Positions 38,275 to 47,698 of a stretch of 64,000 nucleotides of DNA are shown one piece after another. The notes below the pieces were generated by a model, which ran no database searches, was not told where the DNA came from, and saw nothing but the letters and a program-made list of their open reading frames with translations. The translations under genes were made by a program, and so were the position numbers. Each line of letters begins with the position of its first letter. The stretch's first letter is position 1. Location of the stretch: contig JBGSMD010000006.1 of NCBI GenBank assembly GCA_041740355.1, positions 85,663-149,662 of the forward strand. Reading direction: 5' to 3'. This DNA comes from Bdellovibrionota bacterium. Lineage in GTDB: Bacteria > Bdellovibrionota_C > UBA2361 > CALJRW01.

Positions 38275-38874
38275 ATGATTCGTTATAAATCAAATTTGCC
38301 AAATAATCTTACACTCCTAAGACTTATTCTGATCCCTGTGTTTGTAGTCTTAATTGAATTTGATCAGTATGTATGGGGAGCTGCATTATTTGGTATCGCT
38401 GCTTTTACTGATTATTTGGATGGTTATTTGGCTCGTAAACTAAAGTTAGTCAGTGATTTTGGTAAATTAATGGATCCCTTAGCAGATAAACTTTTAGTAA
38501 TGTCTGCTTTAATTATGCTAGTTGGCCAACGAGATATTTTTAATGCCAATCCTTATGTTCCTGCTTGGATTGTCGTATTGATTCTAGCAAGAGAAACCTG
38601 GGTTACCGGATTAAGAGGACTAGCTGCAAATTCTGGCAAAATCGTAGCAGCAAGCAGCGCTGGTAAAATTAAAAGCTTCTTACAAATGGTCGCAATTGTC
38701 CTCTTGCTGCTACATCGTCATCCGCTTTTTGAAATAGCATCTTACGAGATTAATGCTAGTTTTATTGGAATGCGCTTATTAATTGTTTCTTTAGTTTTTT
38801 CCTATTGGGGGGCTTTGGAATACACCTTTTTAATTCTTGGCAATCAAGAGAAAGATCAAGATTCCGCGCAATAA
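38275..38874 (+). CDS. pgsA: CDP-diacylglycerol--glycerol-3-phosphate 3-phosphatidyltransferase
   Basis: NLPNNLTLLR, TDYLDGYLAR..FGKLMDPLADK, GKIKSFLQ. Confidence 0.95.
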   Translation: MIRYKSNLPNNLTLLRLILIPVFVVLIEFDQYVWGAALFGIAAFTDYLDGYLARKLKLVSDFGKLMDPLADKLLVMSALIMLVGQRDIFNANPYVPAWIVVLILARETWVTGLRGLAANSGKIVAASSAGKIKSFLQMVAIVLLLLHRHPLFEIASYEINASFIGMRLLIVSLVFSYWGALEYTFLILGNQEKDQDSAQ

Positions 38875-39084
38875 CTAAGTATTTCAGCTAATTATCCGTC
38901 ATTAGATTCACGCCCTCACAGTTTAGCTTAAGGTGAATATCAAAAGAAAAAAACTTGTAAAATACTGGCAAAATCACTAATTCCAGGACGTTTGAATGCC
39001 AACTTCACAAAAATTATAAACTTTATGTGGTAATGAAAACATTTCAAGTTAGGGCTGAACGCTCACGAATTGCAATAATACAAT

Positions 39085-39231
39085 TATAGGAAGTCCAAAA
39101 AGTAATTTACGTAAGGAAACTACTTTTTGGGGCTTTCTATCCCCCGGTGGGATAGTAAAATCATATAGTTATTACAAGAAGCAAGTTGTTCTATTATATT
39201 TAAATGTAATTTATTTTTTGTAATAACTATA
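39085..39231 (+). mobile_element. Dispersed element, copy 5 (full length, 147 bp)
   Basis: All three modules present; compensatory GAC/GTC to TAC/GTA change in module C arms. Confidence 0.88.
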
Positions 39232-39398
39232 ATTATTGGTAATTTTTATTGTTAGGATACTTTAAAATACTTGAAGTAAAGAAACATTCTCGCTATAACA
39301 TTTTATTAATAAATTTTGTAAATCCAAGCATTCTTTTCAAAAAAGTTTTGAAAACCTGAGTTTGGGCTTGTTATCTGTTTTGTAATTAAGATTATCTA

Positions 39399-42300
39399 AT
39401 GCAAGTAAGTCGTATCGAAATATTTGGGTTTAAGTCCTTTATGGACCGGTTGGTTTTGTCGCTTGATTCTGGTGTTACTGGAATTGTCGGACCAAATGGT
39501 TGTGGTAAATCGAATATCGTAGATGCGGTGCGTTGGGTATTAGGTGAAACCAGAGCAAAAAATCTTCGTGGTGGTGTACTTGAAGACGTTATCTTTAATG
39601 GTACGGAAAAACTCCGACCGCTGGGTTTAGCTGAGGTTTCCTTAACTCTTAAGGCAGAATCGGATAATTTCTTACAGGATTTAATGTCGCCTGACTTAGA
39701 AGCGCAGATGATTGCGGAAATGGCTAATCAGGAAATGGTTGTGGATGCGGAAGAAGATTTTGATTTACCAGAGACAGAGGTTAATGAATTAGGTCTGGAG
39801 TTAACAGCTGGTGGATTTAAAGAAGATCTTTCAGAAGAAGAAGCCACGATGGATTTACGTTCTAAGATGGAAGTTTCTCGAGCTAATATTACTAGCCTTA
39901 GCATTGGAAGCTTGCTTGAAAAGTTTTCTTGGTTAAAAAGTGCTACTGAAGTTCAAGTTACAAGACGCTTATATCGTAGTGGCGAATCAGAGTTTTTTCT
40001 TAATCGTGTTCCTTGCCGATTAAAAGATTTGAAAGATTTTTTTAGAGCCGTTGGTTTAAGTGCTAAGGGTTTTACAATTGTGGCGCAAGGTGAGATTTCC
40101 AATATTATTACTTCAAAACCAGAGCAACGACGTAAGTTATTAGAAGAAGCTGCCGGAGTTCAAGGTTTTCGTGATCGAATTAACTCCACACAGTCAAGAT
40201 TAAATGAGACTACTGTTAATATTGAAAGATTAGATGACATTATTAAAGAAGTTAGTCGACAAGTCACGTCACTAAGAAAGCAAGCGATTCGTGCTGAGAA
40301 TCGGGAAGAATTAAAAGCCGAAATTTTAGATTTAGACTGGCAGATTTATAAGCATCAATTAGTCACTTTACAGCAAAGGGGACAACAGATTCAGGCTAAG
40401 CTAGCGGAAGCTTTGGCTGCGGAAGAATTGGCCGATAAAAATTTCCAAGAGTCTCGTGGAAATGATCAATCATTAAGAGATGAATTAGTTGAGCTAGATA
40501 ATCAAAGTGATTTATTCCGGGCGCAACTTGATCAATTTCGCAATCAATTAACTTCCATTGTTAATGAGCGCGCCAAGCGCGCCAATCGTTTAAGCCAACT
40601 TAAGAGTAATTTAAATTCTGCTGAAAATGAAAAAGGTTCTTTTGCTGAAAGAGTTCAACTTTTAACCGAGCGGGAAGAGCAAGCCCGTGCCGGGCAAGAA
40701 GAAATTAAAAAGCAGCGCGCTGAATTACAGCATGAAATCGATCAGGTGGATCAAAAATCTAATCAGGCTGCCGAAAATTCCTATCAGAATCTTAAAACAA
40801 TCAGGGAAAAACTGCAGGAGAAAGAAAAAGAGTATCGCCGTCTCCGGGAGTCTTCAGTTTCCTATAATACTGAATTTAACACGCTTTCTAAACAAATTGA
40901 GTCCAACCTAAAACCCCATGAGCTAAAAAACTTAGCTCGCGAGCTTGGCCTAGGACAGGATATTAAAGTATTACTTGATGGTATTAAAGTTGAGAAGCAG
41001 TATGCAGAAGCATTAGAAGCCGTGCTAAGTGACCGTGCATCATTTATTATAAATGATAATCCTGAAGCTTTAGCAAAAAGTTTTGCTAGTAAAAATCTTA
41101 AATCTAAAATTTCTTTAGGAATTATTAAGTCCGAAGTGATTACGGCTATTAATCCAACTGTAACGCCTTTCCCCGCATTATTTTCGTTAATTTCTTGTGA
41201 GCCGGAGTTTGCCAGTGCCGTCTGGAGTGTTGTTAAAGATTATTACTTAGTTCCTAGCCTAGAAGAAGCTTGGGCTTATTTTCAAAACAATCAAGACTCT
41301 CAAATTTGCTTAGTAACTCCAGAAGGTGTTCTGGTTCAACCTAATTTAGTTTACTTTGCTTCTAAAAGCAGTGGACTTCTAAAAATCAAAGCTCGAATTG
41401 AAGAACTTAGTGAATTTATCGGCAAAAGTAATTCTGAACTTGAGATTACTAAGTCGGCCCAAGAGCAGCTAGCGCTTGATCTGAAAAATGCTCAGAAAGT
41501 TTATGATGCTGAGCAAGCTGAAATCCGTGCTAACCAAGCTAAGACTAGAGAATTAGTTAATCGCTTGGGTGCGCTAAATGGACGCTTACAAGCTGAGTCG
41601 CGGGTAATTGATCAAATCACTTTTGACTTATCGAAAGTCAGATCAAGTATTGAGGCTAATAAACAGAGAATTGCACAATTTACAGGGGAGTTAAATGATT
41701 TTGAAACTCAACCCGGAGTTGATTCTGAACAAGAAGTAAAGTTACAAGCCGAGTTAGAAAAAGTTACTGCGCAATATCAGGAGCACGAGCAAAAACATAA
41801 GGCTAAAAGGCAAGAATATCAGGCTGTAAATAATCAAATTAATGGACTTCGCGATCGTTTAGATGTTGCTAGGAGAAATACCTCTGAAGTTCGCTTGATG
41901 GAACAAAAACGCGATCTAGAACAATTATCTACAGTGGAAAGAATTATTGCGGATTACGGGGTTGACTATGCCGAAACATATCAAGTTAGCGAATTAAGTG
42001 AAGGGTCGCTACTGGAGTTAAATACATTTAATGCCGCTCGTGAAAAACTAAATCAACTAAAATCTAAGCTTCTTCGTGAGGGTGAAATTGATCCAGAATC
42101 AATTCTTAGATATCAAGAAGAGAGTCAGCGATTAGAAGATTTAGAGTTGCAACGTAAAGATTTATCCGATGCCCTTCGTACGATAAAACAATCATTAGAG
42201 CAGCTAACAATTACTTCAGTTAAACGATTTCAAGAAACATTTGCTAAGGTTTCTGATAACTTCTCTCGTTTAATTCCAAAATTATTCGGTGGTGGAATGG

Positions 42301-42692
42301 GTAGTTTAGAATTAACAGATCCAAATAATCCTTTAGATTCTGGTTTGGATATTGTTGCTAAGCCTCCAGGAAAGAAATTAAAAAGTATTGATTTAATGTC
42401 TGGCGGTGAAAAAGCAATGTGTGCCACAGCATTAATTGTGAGCATGTTTTTAGTCCGCCCTAGTCCGTTATGCATACTCGACGAGGTAGATGCTCCACTG
42501 GATGAAGCTAATCTTGCTCGTTTTTTAGCGGTGATTAAAGAGATGAGTTCTGAAACACAATTCTTACTTGTAACTCATAACAAGCAGTCGATGTCGATGG
42601 CTGATAAGTTAGTAGGCGTTACTATGGAACAGCCGGGATCGACTAAGGTTCTGCAGGTTAGCCTACAAGATGCATACGCCCACGTAGCATAG
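39399..42692 (+). CDS. smc: Chromosome segregation ATPase SMC
   Basis: GFKSF, GPNGCGKSN, coiled coils, LMSGGEK, LDEVDAPLD; upstream of ftsY. Confidence 0.96.
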   Translation: MQVSRIEIFGFKSFMDRLVLSLDSGVTGIVGPNGCGKSNIVDAVRWVLGETRAKNLRGGVLEDVIFNGTEKLRPLGLAEVSLTLKAESDNFLQDLMSPDLEAQMIAEMANQEMVVDAEEDFDLPETEVNELGLELTAGGFKEDLSEEEATMDLRSKMEVSRANITSLSIGSLLEKFSWLKSATEVQVTRRLYRSGESEFFLNRVPCRLKDLKDFFRAVGLSAKGFTIVAQGEISNIITSKPEQRRKLLEEAAGVQGFRDRINSTQSRLNETTVNIERLDDIIKEVSRQVTSLRKQAIRAENREELKAEILDLDWQIYKHQLVTLQQRGQQIQAKLAEALAAEELADKNFQESRGNDQSLRDELVELDNQSDLFRAQLDQFRNQLTSIVNERAKRANRLSQLKSNLNSAENEKGSFAERVQLLTEREEQARAGQEEIKKQRAELQHEIDQVDQKSNQAAENSYQNLKTIREKLQEKEKEYRRLRESSVSYNTEFNTLSKQIESNLKPHELKNLARELGLGQDIKVLLDGIKVEKQYAEALEAVLSDRASFIINDNPEALAKSFASKNLKSKISLGIIKSEVITAINPTVTPFPALFSLISCEPEFASAVWSVVKDYYLVPSLEEAWAYFQNNQDSQICLVTPEGVLVQPNLVYFASKSSGLLKIKARIEELSEFIGKSNSELEITKSAQEQLALDLKNAQKVYDAEQAEIRANQAKTRELVNRLGALNGRLQAESRVIDQITFDLSKVRSSIEANKQRIAQFTGELNDFETQPGVDSEQEVKLQAELEKVTAQYQEHEQKHKAKRQEYQAVNNQINGLRDRLDVARRNTSEVRLMEQKRDLEQLSTVERIIADYGVDYAETYQVSELSEGSLLELNTFNAAREKLNQLKSKLLREGEIDPESILRYQEESQRLEDLELQRKDLSDALRTIKQSLEQLTITSVKRFQETFAKVSDNFSRLIPKLFGGGMGSLELTDPNNPLDSGLDIVAKPPGKKLKSIDLMSGGEKAMCATALIVSMFLVRPSPLCILDEVDAPLDEANLARFLAVIKEMSSETQFLLVTHNKQSMSMADKLVGVTMEQPGSTKVLQVSLQDAYAHVA

Positions 42693-42697
42693 CGTGT

Positions 42698-42767
42698 TCT
42701 CCCCTTTTGAGACGCCCAGCATTATTGCAGTTAATAGTCTGGATCTTTTGCGTCCCAAAAGGGGAGA
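42698..42767. repeat. 18-bp inverted repeat (one mismatch) directly after smc
   Basis: TCTCCCCTTTTGAGACGC-N34-GCGTCCCAAAAGGGGAGA. Confidence 0.65.
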
Positions 42768-43079
42768 GTGACCTCCACTCAAATTCTAAAAGCCTAGATT
42801 TCACCAGGAATATGCCTAAGCAGTACTAGCAAGATAGTCGAAGTTAAGTACGATTGAACAAAATCTGATATTTCATGGTTAGTTTTCTGGTTTTAGGTAA
42901 ATTTTTTAATTCGACTTCCCCTCAAAATCTGAACAACTTCGATAGCATAGCGGTTTATCCAATTATGCTATTAAACACAGATCCAACTTGTTTTTACTCT
43001 ACTTATAAAGCTGTTGTCTACGGTTGGTTTTTGCTTTAAGTTTAGTGTCAGACCCATCTTTTATAACTTAGTAAGTCAT

Positions 43080-44510
43080 ATGGAATTTATCTTTGCTTTC
43101 TTCACTCCTTTCTTCGACAAAATTGAATCCTACTTTGGTTTCGATACTTTCTTAAAATATGGTGGCCCAACGGCGGCATTGGAGCTGACTATGTTAATGT
43201 TGTGTATCGCCTTAACAATCGGATTTTTGGCAGTATTCTTGATGATGGGGAAGTCGTTCCGTGCCATCTCTAAACTTCAAAATAATTCCCAAGAGTTAAC
43301 CTCTGGAATTCGAGGTAAGTTAGAAAGATTAGAACAAGAATTTAATCAACTTAAAAGCAGTCAAATTCGTAGCCAGGAAATTCATTCCGATAAGCTAGCT
43401 AAAATTGCTGAGGTTCTTGAACAAATAAAAAAAAAACGACTTAGCCTAGCTGACTCCGAAAATCCTGAAGCTACAGATGTTTCCGATGAATCTGTACACC
43501 TTAACCTCGATCAGCTTGTTGCTAGTGCTAGCGATCTTAACAAAACAGAAACTGTAATTTTTGAAACTCCTGCAGAATCCTTACCAGAGGAGATTCTTGC
43601 CCCATTGGAAGAAAAATTATCCAAGACTAGAACCGGCTTATTTGGTAAAATTAAAAGTTTATTTTCAGGTAATCCCACAATTGATTTAGCTGATTTAGAT
43701 CAGATTGAAGAGCTTTTAGTTTCAGCGGACTTAGGAGTTAAGACTTCTCTCAGTTTAATTGAAGAAACCCGTAAATCAGTTAATGGCGAAAAAGATTTAA
43801 GCCTTGAACGCTTACTAAATCATACCAAACAACAAGTTAAACAGATCTTAATCCATAACGAACAAGAAGAATTTCCAATAACTCCACAGGATCAAAAAGA
43901 GCTTTTTGTGGTTCTAGTTATTGGTGTTAATGGAGTTGGAAAGACTACCACCGTGGCAAAACTAGCGAGCAAATGGGCGGCGTCAGGAAAGAAAGTGACT
44001 ATGGCTGCTGCCGATACTTTCCGTGCTGCTGCTGTTGATCAGTTATTGGAGTGGGGAAGACGTTTAGATGTTCCGGTTGTTCAGGGAGAAGAAAATGCTA
44101 AACCAGCAACTGTAGTTTTTGAAGCAATCGATCAAGCTTTAAAAAATGAATCAGACATTTTGATTATTGATACTGCGGGACGTTTACATAATAAAGCCAA
44201 TTTGATGCAAGAGTTGGAAGGAATAGGAAATGTTATTCAGAAAAAGTTAAATCGTTCTGCTAATGAAACAATCTTAGTCGTTGATGGAGCAACAGGGCAA
44301 AACGCTCTGCAACAGGCTAAAGAATTTAATCAGATTACTCCATTAACGGGAATAATAGTTACCAAGCTAGATGGAACACCAAAGGGCGGAATTGTGGTCG
44401 CCATTAAGTCAGAACTAAATATTCCAATTCGTTATATTGGTGTTGGAGAATCAGCAAATGATCTGCGAGTTTTTAATGCTGGTGAGTTTACAGAAGCAAT
44501 ATTCTCATAA
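43080..44510 (+). CDS. ftsY: SRP receptor FtsY with N-terminal TM and coiled coil
   Basis: GVNGVGKTTTVAKLA, DTFRAAA, DTAGR, TKLDGTPKGG; ATG 43080 preferred. Confidence 0.96.
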   Translation: MEFIFAFFTPFFDKIESYFGFDTFLKYGGPTAALELTMLMLCIALTIGFLAVFLMMGKSFRAISKLQNNSQELTSGIRGKLERLEQEFNQLKSSQIRSQEIHSDKLAKIAEVLEQIKKKRLSLADSENPEATDVSDESVHLNLDQLVASASDLNKTETVIFETPAESLPEEILAPLEEKLSKTRTGLFGKIKSLFSGNPTIDLADLDQIEELLVSADLGVKTSLSLIEETRKSVNGEKDLSLERLLNHTKQQVKQILIHNEQEEFPITPQDQKELFVVLVIGVNGVGKTTTVAKLASKWAASGKKVTMAAADTFRAAAVDQLLEWGRRLDVPVVQGEENAKPATVVFEAIDQALKNESDILIIDTAGRLHNKANLMQELEGIGNVIQKKLNRSANETILVVDGATGQNALQQAKEFNQITPLTGIIVTKLDGTPKGGIVVAIKSELNIPIRYIGVGESANDLRVFNAGEFTEAIFS

Positions 44511-44518
44511 ATTTAAGC

Positions 44519-45175
44519 ATGACTATTCTCAGAAGAATTATTTTTGTTGTTATTCTTTTAATACCAACGCAGCTATTTGCGGCACGACCTGCTGATATTA
44601 TTGAAAAGACTTTTGTTTTATACGGGAAAGATGCTGACGAAGCGGCCAAACTTTTGGGAATGAATTCCGAACGGACGACGCTCAAACTTTCTTGGGATTC
44701 CAAAGCAAGCAAACGAGGTTGTTCTTGGGGTGATGTTGGAAGTGGAAACGTCCCAAGGTGTGAGGATTTGCCAACTTTAGTAAATACAATCTATTACTCA
44801 CCAGGTAAAAAATCAGAGCTAAAATTATCTGGTCATTGGTTAGATAATTTAACTGCTAGTGGGGCACATTTTAAAACTTTTTCCTTTTGGTCGCAGGGAT
44901 ATAACACTACCCAAGAAGTAGACTCCGATTGGAGATACGTAGCTCAGGGAGAAATCTCAGAAATTCCATTGAAATTAGAAAATAGTTTTAAGCAGTCAAA
45001 AATTGTTATTGGAGGTAAGCCTCCTTTTTTTCAAGTAAATAAAGTTGAAAATTATGCCGGTAAGATTATGCTTGGTATCACAATGGATTTTGATAGCGCC
45101 GAGGAGCATGTTCAGAAAGTCATAGAAAACAAACGACAAATTAAGAAATATGGTCATTTAGATGGAGGCTGGTAA
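44519..45175 (+). CDS. Exported hypothetical protein
   Basis: Sec signal peptide ending LFA; two Cys. Confidence 0.75.
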   Translation: MTILRRIIFVVILLIPTQLFAARPADIIEKTFVLYGKDADEAAKLLGMNSERTTLKLSWDSKASKRGCSWGDVGSGNVPRCEDLPTLVNTIYYSPGKKSELKLSGHWLDNLTASGAHFKTFSFWSQGYNTTQEVDSDWRYVAQGEISEIPLKLENSFKQSKIVIGGKPPFFQVNKVENYAGKIMLGITMDFDSAEEHVQKVIENKRQIKKYGHLDGGW

Positions 45176-45176
45176 G

Positions 45177-45944
45177 CTACTTTTTTTCAGAGCTAGTAGT
45201 TACCTTAATAGCTTCCATAATCTGGTTTCTTAAGTTTAATCTTTGCTCTACAAAACTAGGAACTTTAGGAGTAAGGCCTAGAATATCATAAGTTACATAA
45301 ACCTGTGAGTCGCAGTGTTCTCCTGATCCAATCCCAATTGTTGGAATGCTTAATTTTCTAGTAATAGTTTTTGCTAACTCTTCGGGAATACATTCTAAGA
45401 CGATACTAAAAGCACCAGCTTCTTCAACAGCAAGAGCATCTTCAATAATTTTATTTTCACTAAATACAGAATTCTTACCACCCTGTTTTTTATGACCACC
45501 AAGCGCATGATAGGATTGTGGTGTAAGTCCTACATGGCCCATAACTGGGATATCGTATCTGGTAAGAAATTCGATTTGAGATTTAATATTAATACCACCT
45601 TCAACTTTTACTGCCTCTGCCAATCCTTCTTGAATCATTCTTCCGGCACTCCGCAGGGCCAATTCATTCGATTCTTGGTAAGTTAGGAAAGGCAAATCAC
45701 TTACTAGCAGACTGCGACTGCAGGCTCGCGAGACGCATTTGGAGTGGTAGATCATTTGTTCTAGGGTAACAGGAATAGTATTTTTTTCCCCTTGAATAAT
45801 ATTTCCCAGTGAATCACCAACTAAAATAACTTCTACTTCAGCTTCATTGAGAATTTGGGCTAAAGTGAAATCATAGGCGGTATAGACGCTAAATTTTGTT
45901 TGGCCTTTGGAGTTTCTAATTGTCGGGACAGTAATCTTGGTCAT
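45177..45944 (-). CDS. panB: 3-methyl-2-oxobutanoate hydroxymethyltransferase
   Basis: TAYD, ILVGDSLG, DLPF, VKVEGG, MGHVGLTPQ, PTIGIGSG. Confidence 0.97.
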   Translation of the reverse strand: MTKITVPTIRNSKGQTKFSVYTAYDFTLAQILNEAEVEVILVGDSLGNIIQGEKNTIPVTLEQMIYHSKCVSRACSRSLLVSDLPFLTYQESNELALRSAGRMIQEGLAEAVKVEGGINIKSQIEFLTRYDIPVMGHVGLTPQSYHALGGHKKQGGKNSVFSENKIIEDALAVEEAGAFSIVLECIPEELAKTITRKLSIPTIGIGSGEHCDSQVYVTYDILGLTPKVPSFVEQRLNLRNQIMEAIKVTTSSEKK

Positions 45945-46184
45945 GATTGAAATTGTTTCAAAAAACAGAATTTAAAGCAAATAGGACATACGTAAACCCA
46001 AATCATAAAAAAGTCTTACTATTTTGCAAATATAGACTTTAGTTATTCTCTTTGGTCGTCATTTCAAAATTTCTAGACTCAAAAAGATTCGGCTTAAAGT
46101 AGGCCTCCAATTCGGAAAATTCTAATAAAATTTTATAAAAATGTTTTATACGAAACAAATGCCTTGATTATCTAATGATTTACC

Positions 46185-47687
46185 TTATTTAATTGGTTGG
46201 AAAAGGTTTGCTTCCTGATGATCCGCAGTTCTAAAATATGTTTTCTTCCAATTTGGACAATCAAAGGTTTTAGTGTGATCCAAAATAATCAAGGCGAATT
46301 TTCTAGGCAATTTTTCACACTGGCTAAGCTCTCCATAATTAGAGTCATAGGTAATTTGTCCACTAACTTTTCTTAAATAATATGGAAACGGCCAAGAATT
46401 TTCTAATCCCATTAGAATTCGAGATTGTGGATTGTTTTTTGTAGAAATATGAATTGCCTTAGTTAATTCTAAGATTTCAGGATTAGTATGGACGTAAGAT
46501 AAGGGATTCTGATTTTGAGAGGGAAACTTCCAGTTGTAGTACCATGTGCTATATAGGTTCAATCCTAGAGAGGCGCAAATTAAACAAAGGATTAAGATTT
46601 TCTGAAATAAATATTTAGATCGATGGAGCAGGTAAGCGAACTGCCCAGCAAGTAATAAGTAAGCGGGATAGGTTAGGTTAATAATTAGCCAGGGTGTTTT
46701 GTACCTAACGGGAATGGAATAAATAAACACAACTATTATTGTCCAGATTAAGCAAAAACTGATAAAATCTGTTTTTTTCGGATCTTTAAGGACTGCGGGA
46801 ATTAATATGGGCGTAAATATTAAAGTTAGTAGTGTTGGTAGTTCTAGTGGCAATTTAACCTTTTCCCAGTAAGGGATTGAAAATAAATCTAAGAGATTGC
46901 TGCCCCAGAAAATTGATAGATAATATCCAAATGCTTTAAAGTGACCTGTGTCAGAATCATTACGAGTCATCCATTGAGGAACAGAGAGGGCTAATTCCGA
47001 CAAGCCCTTACTCCATTGCAAAAAGCCGGTGTAAAAAACAATTATTACTAACAAACTAATTGCTAAGGATCTAAAAATTTGGGATAAGTTTGGAAATTTA
47101 CGATTTATCAAATAAACATAAATTCCTGCTATTAAAAGAGCTAAGCCACTAATAATATATGTTTCTTTAATACTGATCAGAGCACCAAGTCCAATGCCAC
47201 ACCAAATTAAATCAATTTTCTGTTCAAGCTTTAAATAGCGATAAAAGGAAAAAGCAAGAACTAGCGTAAAGAATAAAAAGCTACTTTCATGAATGGCATA
47301 GCGATTGTAATAAATAATCGTCGATGAGGTTGCGATAAACAGCTGTGCTAAGTAGGTCCATTTCCATCCAAGAATTTTTTGTAACATTAGCGGAAGTAAT
47401 ACCGCACCAGTTCCAATTATTACATTACTAAGTCTTAGGTATGCTTCAGAATCACCTAAATAATGAAAGAAAATCCAAGTAAGATAAAAGTAGAGGGGTC
47501 CATGATAATTTTGATGGGAGTATGGATAGTAACCTAATTCTGAAGTTTTTTTCAGAAAATAGTGATTTACCGTTTCGTCGTGATGCATTGTCCGCAGATC
47601 TAAATCATAGATTCTAAGTAGAAATGCAACGAGTGTGATCAGTAGGCTGATTAGAAAATATTTATTATTAACAAAGAAACGTTTCAT
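46185..47687 (-). CDS. GT-C/PMT family membrane glycosyltransferase (TIGR03663-like)
   Basis: LRIYDLDLRTMHHDE, HGPLYFY, YYNRY, KE, YKTPWL, WPFPYYLR. Confidence 0.82.
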   Translation of the reverse strand: MKRFFVNNKYFLISLLITLVAFLLRIYDLDLRTMHHDETVNHYFLKKTSELGYYPYSHQNYHGPLYFYLTWIFFHYLGDSEAYLRLSNVIIGTGAVLLPLMLQKILGWKWTYLAQLFIATSSTIIYYNRYAIHESSFLFFTLVLAFSFYRYLKLEQKIDLIWCGIGLGALISIKETYIISGLALLIAGIYVYLINRKFPNLSQIFRSLAISLLVIIVFYTGFLQWSKGLSELALSVPQWMTRNDSDTGHFKAFGYYLSIFWGSNLLDLFSIPYWEKVKLPLELPTLLTLIFTPILIPAVLKDPKKTDFISFCLIWTIIVVFIYSIPVRYKTPWLIINLTYPAYLLLAGQFAYLLHRSKYLFQKILILCLICASLGLNLYSTWYYNWKFPSQNQNPLSYVHTNPEILELTKAIHISTKNNPQSRILMGLENSWPFPYYLRKVSGQITYDSNYGELSQCEKLPRKFALIILDHTKTFDCPNWKKTYFRTADHQEANLFQPIK

Positions 47688-47698
47688 GTTTCGCTAAT

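Noticed and set aside
38875-39084. Expected tRNA cluster after pgsA
   Set aside because: No T-arm GTTCGA motif or cloverleaf is visible.
39640-39940. Intein in SMC
   Set aside because: No Cys/Ser start with His-Asn end motif, and the segment is too short and acidic.
42770-43079. SRP RNA near ftsY
   Set aside because: No helix-8 CAGG...GGAA...AGCAG hairpin that I could fold convincingly.
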